Shown here piece by piece: positions 1 to 10,656 of a DNA stretch of 64,000 nt (position 1 is its first letter; each line of letters starts with the position of its first letter). Under the pieces are notes generated by a model. That model ran no database searches. It had not been told where the DNA came from and saw only the letters and a list, made by a program, of their open reading frames with translations. A program made the position numbers and the translations under genes. The stretch comes from a virus (taxonomy: Duplodnaviria; Heunggongvirae; Uroviricota; Caudoviricetes). The stretch lies in IMG/VR virus record IMGVR_UViG_3300023214_000389; one strand, written 5' to 3'.

Positions 1-4
1 AAAA

Positions 5-568
5 ATGCTAATCGTTGATATTGAATGTACTTGTTTTCGTGATAGTGATGAGGATAAGCCTGAAAAATGGACTGTTAATACACATCAAGAAATTATTGAA
101 ATTGGTTGCACTCTAGTAAACCTTCCAGAACGTCAAATAGAATGTGTTAAATCGTTTTTAGTTAGGCCGGAAGGTCCAATGGGGGAATTTTGCACAGAAT
201 TAACTACCTTAACATTTTCTGATGTTAAAAATTCTCCCCCTCTGCGCTTTGCTTTAGAGGATTTGAAAAAATGGAGCAAAGATAACAAGTTTGACATCGG
301 ACAAATGCCTTGGGCATCTTGGGGAGACTATGATAGAGTTCAGTTTTTCCGGGAATGTGCTCGTAAGGGGATTAATTATCCGTTTGGGAGATCTCACTTC
401 AATGTGAAAGGTCTATTCTCTATAATGACAGGTCGTAAAAAAGGATTTTCTGTTGGAGATGCTTCTGAGATCATAGGAAGACCTTTTGTTGGAACACTCC
501 ATCGGGGAGTAGACGATGCCAAAAATATCGCAGAAATATTTCTTCACCTCTTAAGAGGATGTCGATGA
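5..568 (+). CDS. 3'-5' exonuclease, DEDDh (DnaQ-like) family
   Basis: N-terminal 'IVDIECTC' DxE motif, later 'HRGVDDAKNI' H-x4-D motif typical of DEDDh exonucleases; 187 aa; stop overlaps next start. Confidence 0.5.
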   Translation: MLIVDIECTCFRDSDEDKPEKWTVNTHQEIIEIGCTLVNLPERQIECVKSFLVRPEGPMGEFCTELTTLTFSDVKNSPPLRFALEDLKKWSKDNKFDIGQMPWASWGDYDRVQFFRECARKGINYPFGRSHFNVKGLFSIMTGRKKGFSVGDASEIIGRPFVGTLHRGVDDAKNIAEIFLHLLRGCR

Positions 569-1680
569 ATATAGTAATTGAAACCGAATCCTATTTGAAG
601 GCTATAGACACGTTATCAAGACTCATAGGCTCTGAAGTAGATTGTGCTCTAAGGGTCAAAGAAGGTAAAATTATACTAGAATCATCAAATGATGAAGCTT
701 GGATTCAAGTTCCCTTAAAATCTGAATCTATAAACGGAGAAGGTAAAGTTTTTACTAAGCTTCAATATCTAAAGGTTATAAGACCTAACCTTAAAACCAA
801 GACTATAGAAATGCTATTTAACGGAGAAGATCACATAAGTGTCAAGTGGGGTAGAGTAAAAGGAGTTATTAGATTAATAGATGAAGAAGACGCCATAATA
901 CAAAGGCCAGAATCTCCAGTCAAAATTAGCGCTATGGTGCCTGAAAAAATGGTTCGCTTTGCAACAGGGGCTACAGCTTTTAAGCCTCTTTTGGATTCTA
1001 GCAGCCCAGACGCAATAATAGAAATAAATAACAAAGAATTCAACATTAGCTCCTATGACAACTATATCGGTACTCATTACGGAACTACGGACGAGCAAAT
1101 TAAAACAAAAGATCAATTTGATCTACTAGTAGAGATGAATTATTGGCGCTCTATTGTCTCTAGAATGGGTGCAGATGAAACTATAAAAATTGGGGCAGAT
1201 GAACACAACTTTAGAATAAAAACTAAAAATTTTGATCTCTACCACGCTGTGATCCAAGAAGACACTCAGGACGTAAAGGAGGTGATTACAACTATTCGTT
1301 CCGAGAGTGATGTTCGCGCCGTGGTAGAGTTCGATGGCAATGCGGTAACTGAAGCTATAGATGCCGCTAAGGGAATTATAAGGTCCGCAGAAAAGAACGA
1401 GTCTTGTTTTTACTTGACTTTTAAACCTAACGGAACAGCCATACTATTTGCTGAGAGTGAGACTGGAGAAATGGAAACAGAATTCGATATATATGGTTTT
1501 GATGGTGATGAGGAGGTTGAATTTAAAGTAAGTTCCCACGTATTTGCGGATACATTAAAGCTAACTCGGGATGAGGCTTTAAAGTACGGTCCCGTCAAAA
1601 TGACTGTCACAGGAGAATACGTAATTCTTGAAAGTCTCAAGGTTCCTGCGTCTTCTCTGGCTCCTGTTTTGGGGGATTAA
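559..1680 (+). CDS. possible DNA polymerase sliding clamp (beta-clamp-like), otherwise hypothetical
   Basis: 373 aa, size and N-terminal residue pattern loosely resembling DnaN domain I; translationally coupled to the exonuclease gene; weak. Confidence 0.3.
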   Translation: MSMNIVIETESYLKAIDTLSRLIGSEVDCALRVKEGKIILESSNDEAWIQVPLKSESINGEGKVFTKLQYLKVIRPNLKTKTIEMLFNGEDHISVKWGRVKGVIRLIDEEDAIIQRPESPVKISAMVPEKMVRFATGATAFKPLLDSSSPDAIIEINNKEFNISSYDNYIGTHYGTTDEQIKTKDQFDLLVEMNYWRSIVSRMGADETIKIGADEHNFRIKTKNFDLYHAVIQEDTQDVKEVITTIRSESDVRAVVEFDGNAVTEAIDAAKGIIRSAEKNESCFYLTFKPNGTAILFAESETGEMETEFDIYGFDGDEEVEFKVSSHVFADTLKLTRDEALKYGPVKMTVTGEYVILESLKVPASSLAPVLGD

Positions 1681-2057
1681 TGTCCAAAATAGATTGGAAT
1701 GTCTATCCAATAGGAATTATTTTAAAATCTAAAAGAAATAGCTACATACTGAGAACCAAGAAAATTGTATCTGATTCAGAACCAGATAGTGAAAAGATTT
1801 TTTCGGATAGTTTGATTACTATTACGGGTTTCTACAACAGAAAAGGTATGGTCATAGGCTACGAGATAAACTACAAAAATAGCCCCACTATTCTGGAAGA
1901 TAGCTTTTATTTAGTCCTTAATTATGTTAACAAGGGTGATTATCCTAAAGAGTTAATGTATCCAAAGTTATATTCCAAAGATTCTTCCATAAATCTAGTA
2001 AAATTTGGAAAGAGCTTAGCTAATAGAATGTACATATTCATTTACCGGAGAAAATAG
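1680..2057 (+). CDS. hypothetical protein
   Basis: 125-aa ORF, start overlaps upstream stop (TAATG). Confidence 0.3.
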   Translation: MSKIDWNVYPIGIILKSKRNSYILRTKKIVSDSEPDSEKIFSDSLITITGFYNRKGMVIGYEINYKNSPTILEDSFYLVLNYVNKGDYPKELMYPKLYSKDSSINLVKFGKSLANRMYIFIYRRK

Positions 2058-2606
2058 ATGGCTGATGCTGAGAATATATTTTCAGAAACTCAGGGAGACA
2101 CTAAAGTAAAAAAGTACAACGATAGAGCTAGATTACAGAAATTTAGTGTTGATAAATCCTTGCAGAAGGAAATACAAAAATTCGTTATATTTGCAAATGC
2201 TACTCGAAAAGCATTTGAGCCAAACTCTCCTGAGGATCTAAGAAGCTTGATTGACTCTATGGAGCAAACTCAAGCTTATAGGGACAGATTAACATTAATC
2301 TCTATACAGGCTTCGATAGCCATAGACGAGTTAGAAATTCTTCTAAAATCAGGAGAAGCATATTTGTTCACTGAATATCCTCACTTAATGAAAAAGTGCG
2401 GCAATAAGGAAACAAGAGAAGCTGCTGTTACATTTGTATATGGGCCAATAGTTAGAGCCTTAGCTCAATGGAAAAGCTTAAGAAGCATAGCCGAAACTGC
2501 ACACGTAAACCTCAACAACACCTATTTTGCTCTAAGAGAAATTGGAGAAAACGGTAGAACTATCTTAGAAAACAGAAAGGTTAGGAGGTCTTTCGATGCC
2601 GCGTAG
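2058..2606 (+). CDS. hypothetical protein
   Basis: 182-aa ORF in tightly packed same-strand array. Confidence 0.3.
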   Translation: MADAENIFSETQGDTKVKKYNDRARLQKFSVDKSLQKEIQKFVIFANATRKAFEPNSPEDLRSLIDSMEQTQAYRDRLTLISIQASIAIDELEILLKSGEAYLFTEYPHLMKKCGNKETREAAVTFVYGPIVRALAQWKSLRSIAETAHVNLNNTYFALREIGENGRTILENRKVRRSFDAA

Positions 2607-3159
2607 GTTTCTAGGAACTGTTCATGGCAAATCAACAGATGTTAAATCTTTAAGAGATAAAATTATCAATGAAGCCAAAGACAAGTTAGACAGGTTGGAA
2701 GAAGAGGAAGAAGAAGAAGAAGTATCAAGACAAAACGACCAATCGGATGGAAACTCTAGAGAAGGGCTTCCCGTAATGGCAGAATCTGTGTATACAGAAG
2801 AAGGGAAGGTGAAAAGAAATCACAAAATCTATATTAATTACTTTAGGTGCTTGGATGATATAATTTCTGATTCTTACGAGAAACAAAAAGCTTCTTATGA
2901 AATAGTCAGAGCAGTAACCCAGCTATTCGAGTCCCGAGGCCAAGATGTCCCTTTTGATGAAGTACGATTCGAGCGAGCGGCTAAGAACCTAGCCATGTGT
3001 CAAATGATGAGAGAAATGTCTTGGTTGTTTGGGTTAAGCCCGGCTCATACTGATCGTATCGTTGACCACACAATAGATCGTCTTTTTGGTAATCCAAAAG
3101 TTTCATTACCTCCAACATCTAAAAACGAAAACAGCAATCCGTATAAAAGGAAAGAATAA
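2596..3159 (+). CDS. hypothetical protein with poly-Glu tract
   Basis: 187 aa; (GAA/GAG)n run at 2698-2732 encodes EEEEEEEEE. Confidence 0.3.
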   Translation: MPRRFLGTVHGKSTDVKSLRDKIINEAKDKLDRLEEEEEEEEVSRQNDQSDGNSREGLPVMAESVYTEEGKVKRNHKIYINYFRCLDDIISDSYEKQKASYEIVRAVTQLFESRGQDVPFDEVRFERAAKNLAMCQMMREMSWLFGLSPAHTDRIVDHTIDRLFGNPKVSLPPTSKNENSNPYKRKE

Positions 3160-3692
3160 TGTTTATTTTCCTACACTACAGTGGAGGAGAACCCAGGTGG
3201 GCCTCTGAACTGGTAAAAGCAGGTTTCCCTGTATACAGCCCTGCCAGACCAATAAAGGATCAATTAGCTAGATTAGAACCAGTTTTAGAGGGGGTAAAGC
3301 CCAATGTGAATGCATATGAGTATGCGGATGCTTTTAAGCTTGGGAAAGAAATATGGAAACCTATATCCCAAGTCAAGCAAGTTCTAGTAGATGCCGATAA
3401 ATTTGTAAGCACAGAACACTGTATATGGCGAGATCAATGGCTATTGAGCAGATCTGATATTCTCTTAACAGAAAACGGAGCTAGCCTGGATATACCAGTT
3501 TTGGCTTACTTGTTGGACATAAGAACTGTCTCTATCTCATTTATACCTACTTGGATAAGCCCTTGGCTGGCGAAAGCTTCTCAAATTACCATAAATAACC
3601 CACAAAGTGTGGAAGAAATAATTTCTGTTTTGAACGCAATAGGAAGCACAGAAGAAAAGAAAGAACCAGCTCCTGATGCTACAGAAAATTAG
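3159..3692 (+). CDS. hypothetical protein
   Basis: 177-aa ORF; ATG overlaps previous stop. Confidence 0.3.
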   Translation: MFIFLHYSGGEPRWASELVKAGFPVYSPARPIKDQLARLEPVLEGVKPNVNAYEYADAFKLGKEIWKPISQVKQVLVDADKFVSTEHCIWRDQWLLSRSDILLTENGASLDIPVLAYLLDIRTVSISFIPTWISPWLAKASQITINNPQSVEEIISVLNAIGSTEEKKEPAPDATEN

Positions 3693-3737
3693 ATTATATT
3701 CTTAGAAGAAGAATTATCAGCAGCATCAGGAACATAA

Positions 3738-6700
3738 ATGTCTAAGAGACCAACCCAGAAGACTGGCAATAGAGAGGTTAGCAGTTTAACCAATCTAGAG
3801 GGCGTGCAGCCAGTCGATCCCAAAGGCGCCGAAGTTCTTCCCCAGGGGAATAATCCCAATGAAAAGGGGTTAATTATCTCCACACCTGGGGGCACTGTGG
3901 TACGGGCCACTCACCCGGGCCGTGTCAGTAAAATAGAAAAGCAAGCTGACAGCACTATAGTGGTTGAAGTTGTTGCTACTAAAAGTGTTCTTAATCTACA
4001 GACAAGAAGAGATGCCCCCTTCACCAGATATTCCGGTCTAGGAAACACAGAAGTAGCATTAGGGCAAGTTATTGGGGCAGGTCAACAGATAGGCGCTGTT
4101 GCATTTATTTCTAATCGTGAAGCAGGAGGAGGAACTGGTCTCAAATATCAGGTGTTTGCGAACGGCTCGGGGACCAAAGCATCGGAAAGATTTCCCTCTA
4201 GTGAAGAGGGAAAGTCTATAATCAGAAAAGCACAGCCTGACGGACAAGTTCCCAACCCAGAAATACGGAGTAAAGAAGCTCCTCCTGAGGCAGCAGACGG
4301 AGACGCCCCTCTCAACCCAAGAGCGGGGGATCAAGCAACATTAGATAATGTTGGACCAACTAATGCCCCATACGTAACTAGACCACAAGTTAAGTTCTTG
4401 GAGCAAAAAAATCAAGTTTTTTCTCACGATTTTCTTGTTTTCATTAACGGAGTTGATGTAACTCAATATGTTACTGGAACACTGTCTATAAACTTGGTTG
4501 ATCGAGACGGGTGGAACGAAGCTAACCTTACTCTCAATAATGCTTCCAACAATTTTGTAATAACTCTAGAAAACATAGGTATAAACGGAGATCTAAAAGG
4601 AAAATTCAGAACTCAAGATATCCCAGGTGAGGAAAAATATAGCGAAAGAGCGAAAAAGCAAATAATTGAGTATAAAAATGACCAAGGTAGGAACCCTTTT
4701 GTGGATGTATCTACGATGGGGTTAATACAAGCAGGAACTACCACTGGAGTAGAGAATGTAGCCCCCCTTGGGAGACAGGAGGAACTAGCTAGCCAACAAC
4801 CAAATTCTGTATCTGATTCCGCCATAGCCACTAGAAGAGATAGGGGACGAGATAAGGCCACTACTTCTAGCGACGGAGCTGTGGACAGAAGATGGCAGCT
4901 AGGGTTTCAATCAACAGTATTTCATAAACACGACCCCATTAGAATATTTAGGAAAAATCCTATTAGGGAAACTAACGAGTGGATGCCTGCGTTTGCTGGA
5001 TATTTAAACCAGATCAGTTACGATACGAACTATGTAAACGGATTATCAACCGTGAAAATATCGTGCTACGATATTCGGGCTTTAGCTCAAAAAATGAGAG
5101 TTCAAACAACGGCCATAACTGGAATTACCAACCCAAGGGCCATTTTCAGGGGTAGAGAAGAAGCAGGAAGCCAATCCCTTTTTACAGATTTACTAGATCC
5201 AACAATTGTTGGTTCTCCGCTAGCCGGGAAAAGATTTGAAGATGTTATGGAGTTTCTTATTACAGGTTCCACGACATCAGATAGCAATATAAACGATGCT
5301 TTTGGGGAGTCTAAATTCAAAAGAGGGATAGGAGATTTTACCGTAGGGGATAAGATATTCCATTCTCCCGGAGATTCTGATGCTGGGATATCCCCGGATC
5401 CTTTGGAACATTGGCATGCTCTATGTTTGTTTGGGATGGACGGACAAACAGTTAGGAGAGGAGACCAAACAGTTAATGTTACAGGGGGGTCAGCTAAGCG
5501 AACTCTAAACGCTGAAATGAACAGAAGATGGTTAACTCGCGATGAAGCTGTTAACATAGGTAAGAATACAACACATGACGGAGTATGGTCCCCCCACAAA
5601 CAATTTGTTCATTTGTTATTGCCTGCTGCTGGAACTGGTGCCAAAAATCTAATAGACTTTGATGCTGCAAATGTCAACAGTAACCAGTTAGATTTTCGAT
5701 CTAGGTTGGATATAATGCAAGACTTTTGCAATAGAATTGATTATCAATTTTGGGTTACACCTATAGGGGATATAGTTATAGAGTTCCCTATGTATGATTT
5801 TCTACCAGAAGATTATCAAGAATACAAAACAGTATTTCAAGTAGATAAGCATCTTCGTAGCGATAATATTCAAGACGAAGCAGGGGAAATGGTTACTGCG
5901 ATTATTGCTAACGGACGTATCAGAGCAGAAAGAGATGCTAATGTGGGAGCAGCACAGTTTCAGCCCAAAGCTGTGGTTGTGTCTCCTATGATGATGATGA
6001 GATATGGAGTTATAGAGCACGATCTTACTCTACCATTCATAACCAATCCAGATTCCTTGGCTAGGATAGCACAGATAGAGTTCCAAAAGAAACTTGCAGA
6101 ATCCAATAAAATGGAAATAGAGTTCGATTATCGTCCATTTATTCTACCAAATCGACCCATAGAGCATATGGAACGAAAAAGAATGGGACTCACGACAGCA
6201 GTTAGAAACGATTTAATAGTCTTTAAGTCGGGAAGCACATCTATAACTACTAGATATGTTCGGAGGCAAACTTTCAGAAGAGATGGAAGTGTTGCTTATA
6301 CCTTCATATTTAGTGGGAGTTCCATGCCTATTTCCTACAGAGAAATATACGAACCTGGCACCATAAATCCAGTTAGTGCGCCAGCCGCAGGTGGTGTTAA
6401 CCTTCGTGTTAACAGTTTAACTGCGGATCTGGAAAGCAATTCCGCCGCCCCGGTAACTGACCCAGTTATAACCCAGGCTACAATTGAAACTGCTTCTATA
6501 ACCAAGCAAATAGGTTCCGCCGCTGCAAGTCCAACCCCTCCTTTAGAGCAAGTTGGAAGATTCATGGCTCTAGCTCAAGTTTCTAGTGGCTGGAATCCAG
6601 CTAACAGAGGGGAGGATGGAAGCTTCGGTTTGTTTGGACTCTCTAAAGGGTTGAGAGATTTCAGCAATATAGGTGATACAACAGACATTACCTCACAAGT

Positions 6701-7151
6701 AAATGTCGCCAATGACTATTTTCGTGGACTTGTATCAAAATACAAAGGAGATCTAAACATGGCTGTAGCTGAATTCAAGCTTGGAGCAGAAAAAGTTCGA
6801 AATGCCGATATAGTTGCTGAATTTCAAAGAGGTACCGGAGCTGTAATCAAAGAACTAGGAAAAAAATATGAAGAAATAGCCCAGCCACTTGTTGATGGAT
6901 TTGATAAATTGTTTCCCGGAGAAAAAGAACCTCAGAACCTTATCAATGAAAACCTGGGAGAAGCCGCTAGAGCAGAACTAAAAGCCGTAGAAGAAGCTGG
7001 GCCACTACCGTCTTCAGCCGGGTTTCAAAATAATGTTGGAATATTAGTATTCGATAATAGAGAAAAACAAGCACGCAGAAGTACAGAAGCCTCTGCCCAA
7101 CAAGTGCAGGCGAGTCAAAATCTATTAAGAAGGTCTGGAAATAATGGCTAG
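3738..7151 (+). CDS. large virion/baseplate-associated protein with M23-peptidase-like (degenerate) N-terminal domain and SLT lytic-transglycosylase-like C-terminal motif
   Basis: 1137 aa; residues ~47-125 'GTVVRATHPGRVSKIE...ALGQVIGAGQQIGAV' resemble LytM/M23 barrel but lack HxH; near C-terminus 'SGWNPANRGEDGSFGLFGLSKG' resembles the SLT motif ES..N.....GA.GLMQ; immediately upstream of the spike and wedge genes. Confidence 0.4.
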   Translation: MSKRPTQKTGNREVSSLTNLEGVQPVDPKGAEVLPQGNNPNEKGLIISTPGGTVVRATHPGRVSKIEKQADSTIVVEVVATKSVLNLQTRRDAPFTRYSGLGNTEVALGQVIGAGQQIGAVAFISNREAGGGTGLKYQVFANGSGTKASERFPSSEEGKSIIRKAQPDGQVPNPEIRSKEAPPEAADGDAPLNPRAGDQATLDNVGPTNAPYVTRPQVKFLEQKNQVFSHDFLVFINGVDVTQYVTGTLSINLVDRDGWNEANLTLNNASNNFVITLENIGINGDLKGKFRTQDIPGEEKYSERAKKQIIEYKNDQGRNPFVDVSTMGLIQAGTTTGVENVAPLGRQEELASQQPNSVSDSAIATRRDRGRDKATTSSDGAVDRRWQLGFQSTVFHKHDPIRIFRKNPIRETNEWMPAFAGYLNQISYDTNYVNGLSTVKISCYDIRALAQKMRVQTTAITGITNPRAIFRGREEAGSQSLFTDLLDPTIVGSPLAGKRFEDVMEFLITGSTTSDSNINDAFGESKFKRGIGDFTVGDKIFHSPGDSDAGISPDPLEHWHALCLFGMDGQTVRRGDQTVNVTGGSAKRTLNAEMNRRWLTRDEAVNIGKNTTHDGVWSPHKQFVHLLLPAAGTGAKNLIDFDAANVNSNQLDFRSRLDIMQDFCNRIDYQFWVTPIGDIVIEFPMYDFLPEDYQEYKTVFQVDKHLRSDNIQDEAGEMVTAIIANGRIRAERDANVGAAQFQPKAVVVSPMMMMRYGVIEHDLTLPFITNPDSLARIAQIEFQKKLAESNKMEIEFDYRPFILPNRPIEHMERKRMGLTTAVRNDLIVFKSGSTSITTRYVRRQTFRRDGSVAYTFIFSGSSMPISYREIYEPGTINPVSAPAAGGVNLRVNSLTADLESNSAAPVTDPVITQATIETASITKQIGSAAASPTPPLEQVGRFMALAQVSSGWNPANRGEDGSFGLFGLSKGLRDFSNIGDTTDITSQVNVANDYFRGLVSKYKGDLNMAVAEFKLGAEKVRNADIVAEFQRGTGAVIKELGKKYEEIAQPLVDGFDKLFPGEKEPQNLINENLGEAARAELKAVEEAGPLPSSAGFQNNVGILVFDNREKQARRSTEASAQQVQASQNLLRRSGNNG

Positions 7152-8565
7152 ATCAGCGGAAACAAAGACTCAGTTATTGAGGAAAGCCAAGCTTCAACAT
7201 AAGGGGAAAATTCAGGGCCGTTATGATCCTTATTTCGGATTCGTTCAATCTTATGCCGCTGATTCAGAAAATGTCTTAGTGGACAGCCACGGCGGTCGGC
7301 GCACCATGTTTTCTCCGCAGCCACACCTTGGTCAAACAGCCTGGATGAGAGCCGCTCCGGAAGGAGGTATGGGCTCTCTTATGATTACTAGAAGCGATTC
7401 TGAAGAACCCGAGGTTATGAGATGGTGGCACACAGATACAGCACAACGCTTACAGCTTTACAGATTAAGTGTAGAAAGTTTGTCCGGAGGGAGTGGAACT
7501 CCAGCCTCGGATGAAGCATTTCGCCCTATTGAAAGCGGGGAAATAGATATTCAATCTAGAGGGGGCGCGGCCATTTACATGGGAAGCCGTCCTCACATGG
7601 ATATGAGAGCCGGAATTATTCGTCTTATAATGGACCAAGATGAAGCAGAGTTTGTGAGTAAAGCCCCCCTCCACATACGAAGAGGTCATAAAAACACAGA
7701 AAACGAAATACGAGACGAGGAAAGATTCGGCACAGTTAGGAGAATGAGAGCGGGTAGTTTTGTAGATAGATTTTTTCCGTCAGCGAATGGACAAGAAGGG
7801 AACAGAAGTAACGGGTTTGCCAAAGAATATTTGATGAAACTTTCCAATGGGTCTAACAATGCTCCATCTACTTTGTTTGATAGGCGATTTGGAAATGTAA
7901 TAGATGACACAGGGAAACCCGTGACGTTAGACGTGACAGGTTTGAATTTAAGAGTTCGTGAAGAGTATTTTACTGCATCTGAAACATCTTCATTGTATCA
8001 GTTAGATGAAAATGGAAATTTTAAGCTTGAATATCCATTAGAAGCTACTTACGGTGGGTTATTTATTCTCCCGTCTGGAACCATGAGAGCAAGAGTAGGG
8101 GTGGATTTTACTAGAGAAATTGGAAGAAATGAGACAATTTCTATTGGTATAGATAAAATTCAATCCATTGGTAATAATGATACAAAAATCGTAGGATCAA
8201 ATAGGGCTCTTACTGTAAGAAAAAATGAAACCAAGAACGTAGAGACAAATTCGGATGAAACTGTAGGTGGAAATAAGACTATTAAGGTAGATGGGACAAT
8301 CAAAATACAAGCAGGTGATAACATAATCGGGTTAAGTTCTGTGGGATCGTCTGTTGAGACGCAAGTGTTGAGTATTGCAGCTACTCAGGAAATCATTTTC
8401 GAAGCCCCTAAAATCACATTTAATACCCCCGAAGCCAGTTTTACAGGAATGGTAAAGTCTGAAGGACCTGTAGCAAGCAATAGTGCTGTTAATGCGCCAA
8501 CTGTGGGGGCGGGAAGAGCAGGTGCCATAGTCCCAACTCCAGCTCTTAAAACGGATCCAATATAA
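7144..8565 (+). CDS. baseplate central spike protein (gpV / VgrG / gp5-like beta-helix)
   Basis: 473 aa; C-terminal region rich in repeating V.G/T.K beta-helix pattern ('TVRKNETKNVETNSDETVGGNKTIKVDGTIKIQAGDNIIGL...'); position before gp25-like and J-like genes. Confidence 0.45.
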   Translation: MARSAETKTQLLRKAKLQHKGKIQGRYDPYFGFVQSYAADSENVLVDSHGGRRTMFSPQPHLGQTAWMRAAPEGGMGSLMITRSDSEEPEVMRWWHTDTAQRLQLYRLSVESLSGGSGTPASDEAFRPIESGEIDIQSRGGAAIYMGSRPHMDMRAGIIRLIMDQDEAEFVSKAPLHIRRGHKNTENEIRDEERFGTVRRMRAGSFVDRFFPSANGQEGNRSNGFAKEYLMKLSNGSNNAPSTLFDRRFGNVIDDTGKPVTLDVTGLNLRVREEYFTASETSSLYQLDENGNFKLEYPLEATYGGLFILPSGTMRARVGVDFTREIGRNETISIGIDKIQSIGNNDTKIVGSNRALTVRKNETKNVETNSDETVGGNKTIKVDGTIKIQAGDNIIGLSSVGSSVETQVLSIAATQEIIFEAPKITFNTPEASFTGMVKSEGPVASNSAVNAPTVGAGRAGAIVPTPALKTDPI

Positions 8566-10655
8566 TGGCTGTTTCTGTTAAAGAAGCGTCTTCCTTGGTT
8601 AAGGAAGAGGTAGGAGAAACGTTAGAATCGGTTCTTGGTCAAATATCTTTACTTGATTTGGATGTAAGTAATCTTAATTCATTGCTGGAGAAATACAACT
8701 TAATATCTAGAGATGTGCTTGGGTTAAGTTATGAAAATCTAGTTGATACTAGAAAACTTCCTCCAATTAACCCAACCGTACTATTTGATCAAAAAAGAAT
8801 AGGGTTTTCTGATATTACAGTATTAGGGAATATATTTTTTCCTTCTTTGCCTACTTCTAATAATTTAGAAGCTACCCAAATCTTTTACCTAAGTGTGGGG
8901 AATAAACTTTCTATTGTCGAATCTCAGCTATCAGAACATCCCCCGGGAAACAGTGAAAACAATACCTTTACCAACGCTTCTAGTAAATTTTCTGTTAAAT
9001 CAGTTTCATCTAGGGATTCTAGAGGTGTTTTGAAGACCAAAGATGAGATTTCTAGGGAATTAGGCATAGACTCTTTTGAACTTTTTACTTTCCCTGATCT
9101 TCCTCAAACGTCTTTTGCTGTTTACATGGACTTCATTAGCGTGAACGAACCGATGTCCAGTATTAGCAGAAGGTTGAATTTACCGATAAATCAAATTGTA
9201 AATAAAATTAACTGGTTTGGGAGTGTAAACGCTAATTCCAATAATTTTTCTAAGATGAGAGTAAATTTAGGTTTACCTTCTATACAAATCAGATCTGCAT
9301 CTTTTGGGGATGATATTGGTGTAGCAAGCTCAAAGTTTTTTGATGATCTGTTAGAGGAAATGATAGATCAGTTTAATTTTGTTGATGGATCGATTCCAAG
9401 TCCTTCTGCCCTTTTGAATATTTTAAACGTTGTTCAACAAAATGCTCTAGAATTCTTAGCTCAGTTTAGTTTTGAAACTATAGTCCTAACTGATACATTT
9501 ATATTGGAGAAAACAAGAAAAGCAGGAGTAAGTGACAAAGAATTAGAGTTTTCATTGAAAAACAGAAAAGATATCAACTTCACTGGGGCAGACTTGGAAG
9601 CCAACTCTCTTTTAACTACAGTTTTTCCTCCAACCAGCAACTCTTCTGATAGAGTAGCTCTAGCTTCTATCCTCCAACAAGATTCTGATACCCCTAGATA
9701 CACTAACAGGGCATTGAACATTCCTGTAGATAGAAGAGAAATAGTTTCCGTTGCAGCAAAGAAGCTTATTGCAGGAATAAATGCTAGAAGTTTGATACTA
9801 AAAAGAGCCGATATTGACAACTCAACTATAGCTAATGTGATGTCTAATGTTTTAGCAGACTTAAACGAGCTACAATTAGCATATTCTGAATATTTGACTC
9901 CACCGGAAACTGTTACTAGAAAAGAAGGCACCCGTACAACTGAATCAGCAAATATTACCATAACTAGAGTTTCTAATTTAGTAAAAACTCTAAGAATTTC
10001 TGATCAAATAACAAATTTTCCCTTGGGCTTCGATAATAATATAAATCCCGATATTCAAGAAATTCTAAGCTCCTTGTTGGTAATGACTACAGCCATAGAA
10101 ACATATCTAAACACCTATAGAAAAGGTCAGGTTAGAGATTTTCTAGCTTTTGCTATTTCCATATCTAGCGTGACAAATATTTTGTTCTCCGACGGGGAGC
10201 CTTTTAGAAATGTTATTGTTAAAGAGACACCAGAGGTCACCAGTAGACTGAAGCAATCTATAACAAAAAATATACTTAATGATGAGGAAAGTATTGATTT
10301 TTACAGAGGAGTATCTTTACAGGTAGGGGAACTTACCTCCGTTTTAAGGGGAACAACGGAAGATGACCCCGTAGGGAAGTTGTTAGATATGCCGTTAGCC
10401 TTATTGGATTCAGTTTTACCTTCTCAATCCGTTGTATCTTCGTTTAGCGTAGACTTGGAGGGTGACCAAGAACCAGCTCTACGGCAAATAAGAAACAGCT
10501 TTGACGTTCTTAGAAGAACTGTTTCTTCAACAATTCGAGACCTTAATGTGCTATCCGTTAACTTTGGGTGCGCTTTTACAGATGCAGAATTCTTAGTTTC
10601 TAGGTTATCCGGGGATTCTGTGAGTAACCTTATTACAGCCTTAAGGCAGAATTAA
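8565..10655 (+). CDS. hypothetical baseplate-module protein
   Basis: 696-aa ORF between spike and wedge genes, ATG overlaps upstream stop. Confidence 0.3.
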   Translation: MAVSVKEASSLVKEEVGETLESVLGQISLLDLDVSNLNSLLEKYNLISRDVLGLSYENLVDTRKLPPINPTVLFDQKRIGFSDITVLGNIFFPSLPTSNNLEATQIFYLSVGNKLSIVESQLSEHPPGNSENNTFTNASSKFSVKSVSSRDSRGVLKTKDEISRELGIDSFELFTFPDLPQTSFAVYMDFISVNEPMSSISRRLNLPINQIVNKINWFGSVNANSNNFSKMRVNLGLPSIQIRSASFGDDIGVASSKFFDDLLEEMIDQFNFVDGSIPSPSALLNILNVVQQNALEFLAQFSFETIVLTDTFILEKTRKAGVSDKELEFSLKNRKDINFTGADLEANSLLTTVFPPTSNSSDRVALASILQQDSDTPRYTNRALNIPVDRREIVSVAAKKLIAGINARSLILKRADIDNSTIANVMSNVLADLNELQLAYSEYLTPPETVTRKEGTRTTESANITITRVSNLVKTLRISDQITNFPLGFDNNINPDIQEILSSLLVMTTAIETYLNTYRKGQVRDFLAFAISISSVTNILFSDGEPFRNVIVKETPEVTSRLKQSITKNILNDEESIDFYRGVSLQVGELTSVLRGTTEDDPVGKLLDMPLALLDSVLPSQSVVSSFSVDLEGDQEPALRQIRNSFDVLRRTVSSTIRDLNVLSVNFGCAFTDAEFLVSRLSGDSVSNLITALRQN

Positions 10656-10656
10656 T

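Noticed and set aside
2698-2732. GAA/GAG microsatellite as a regulatory repeat
   Set aside because: Lies in frame within a CDS and simply encodes a poly-Glu tract
3738-7151. Calling this 1137-aa protein the tape measure protein
   Set aside because: A better candidate (coiled-coil, Gly-rich TM segments, preceded by G/GT frameshift pair, downstream of sheath/tube) exists at 50816..53302; this one instead has hydrolase-like domains and sits with baseplate genes
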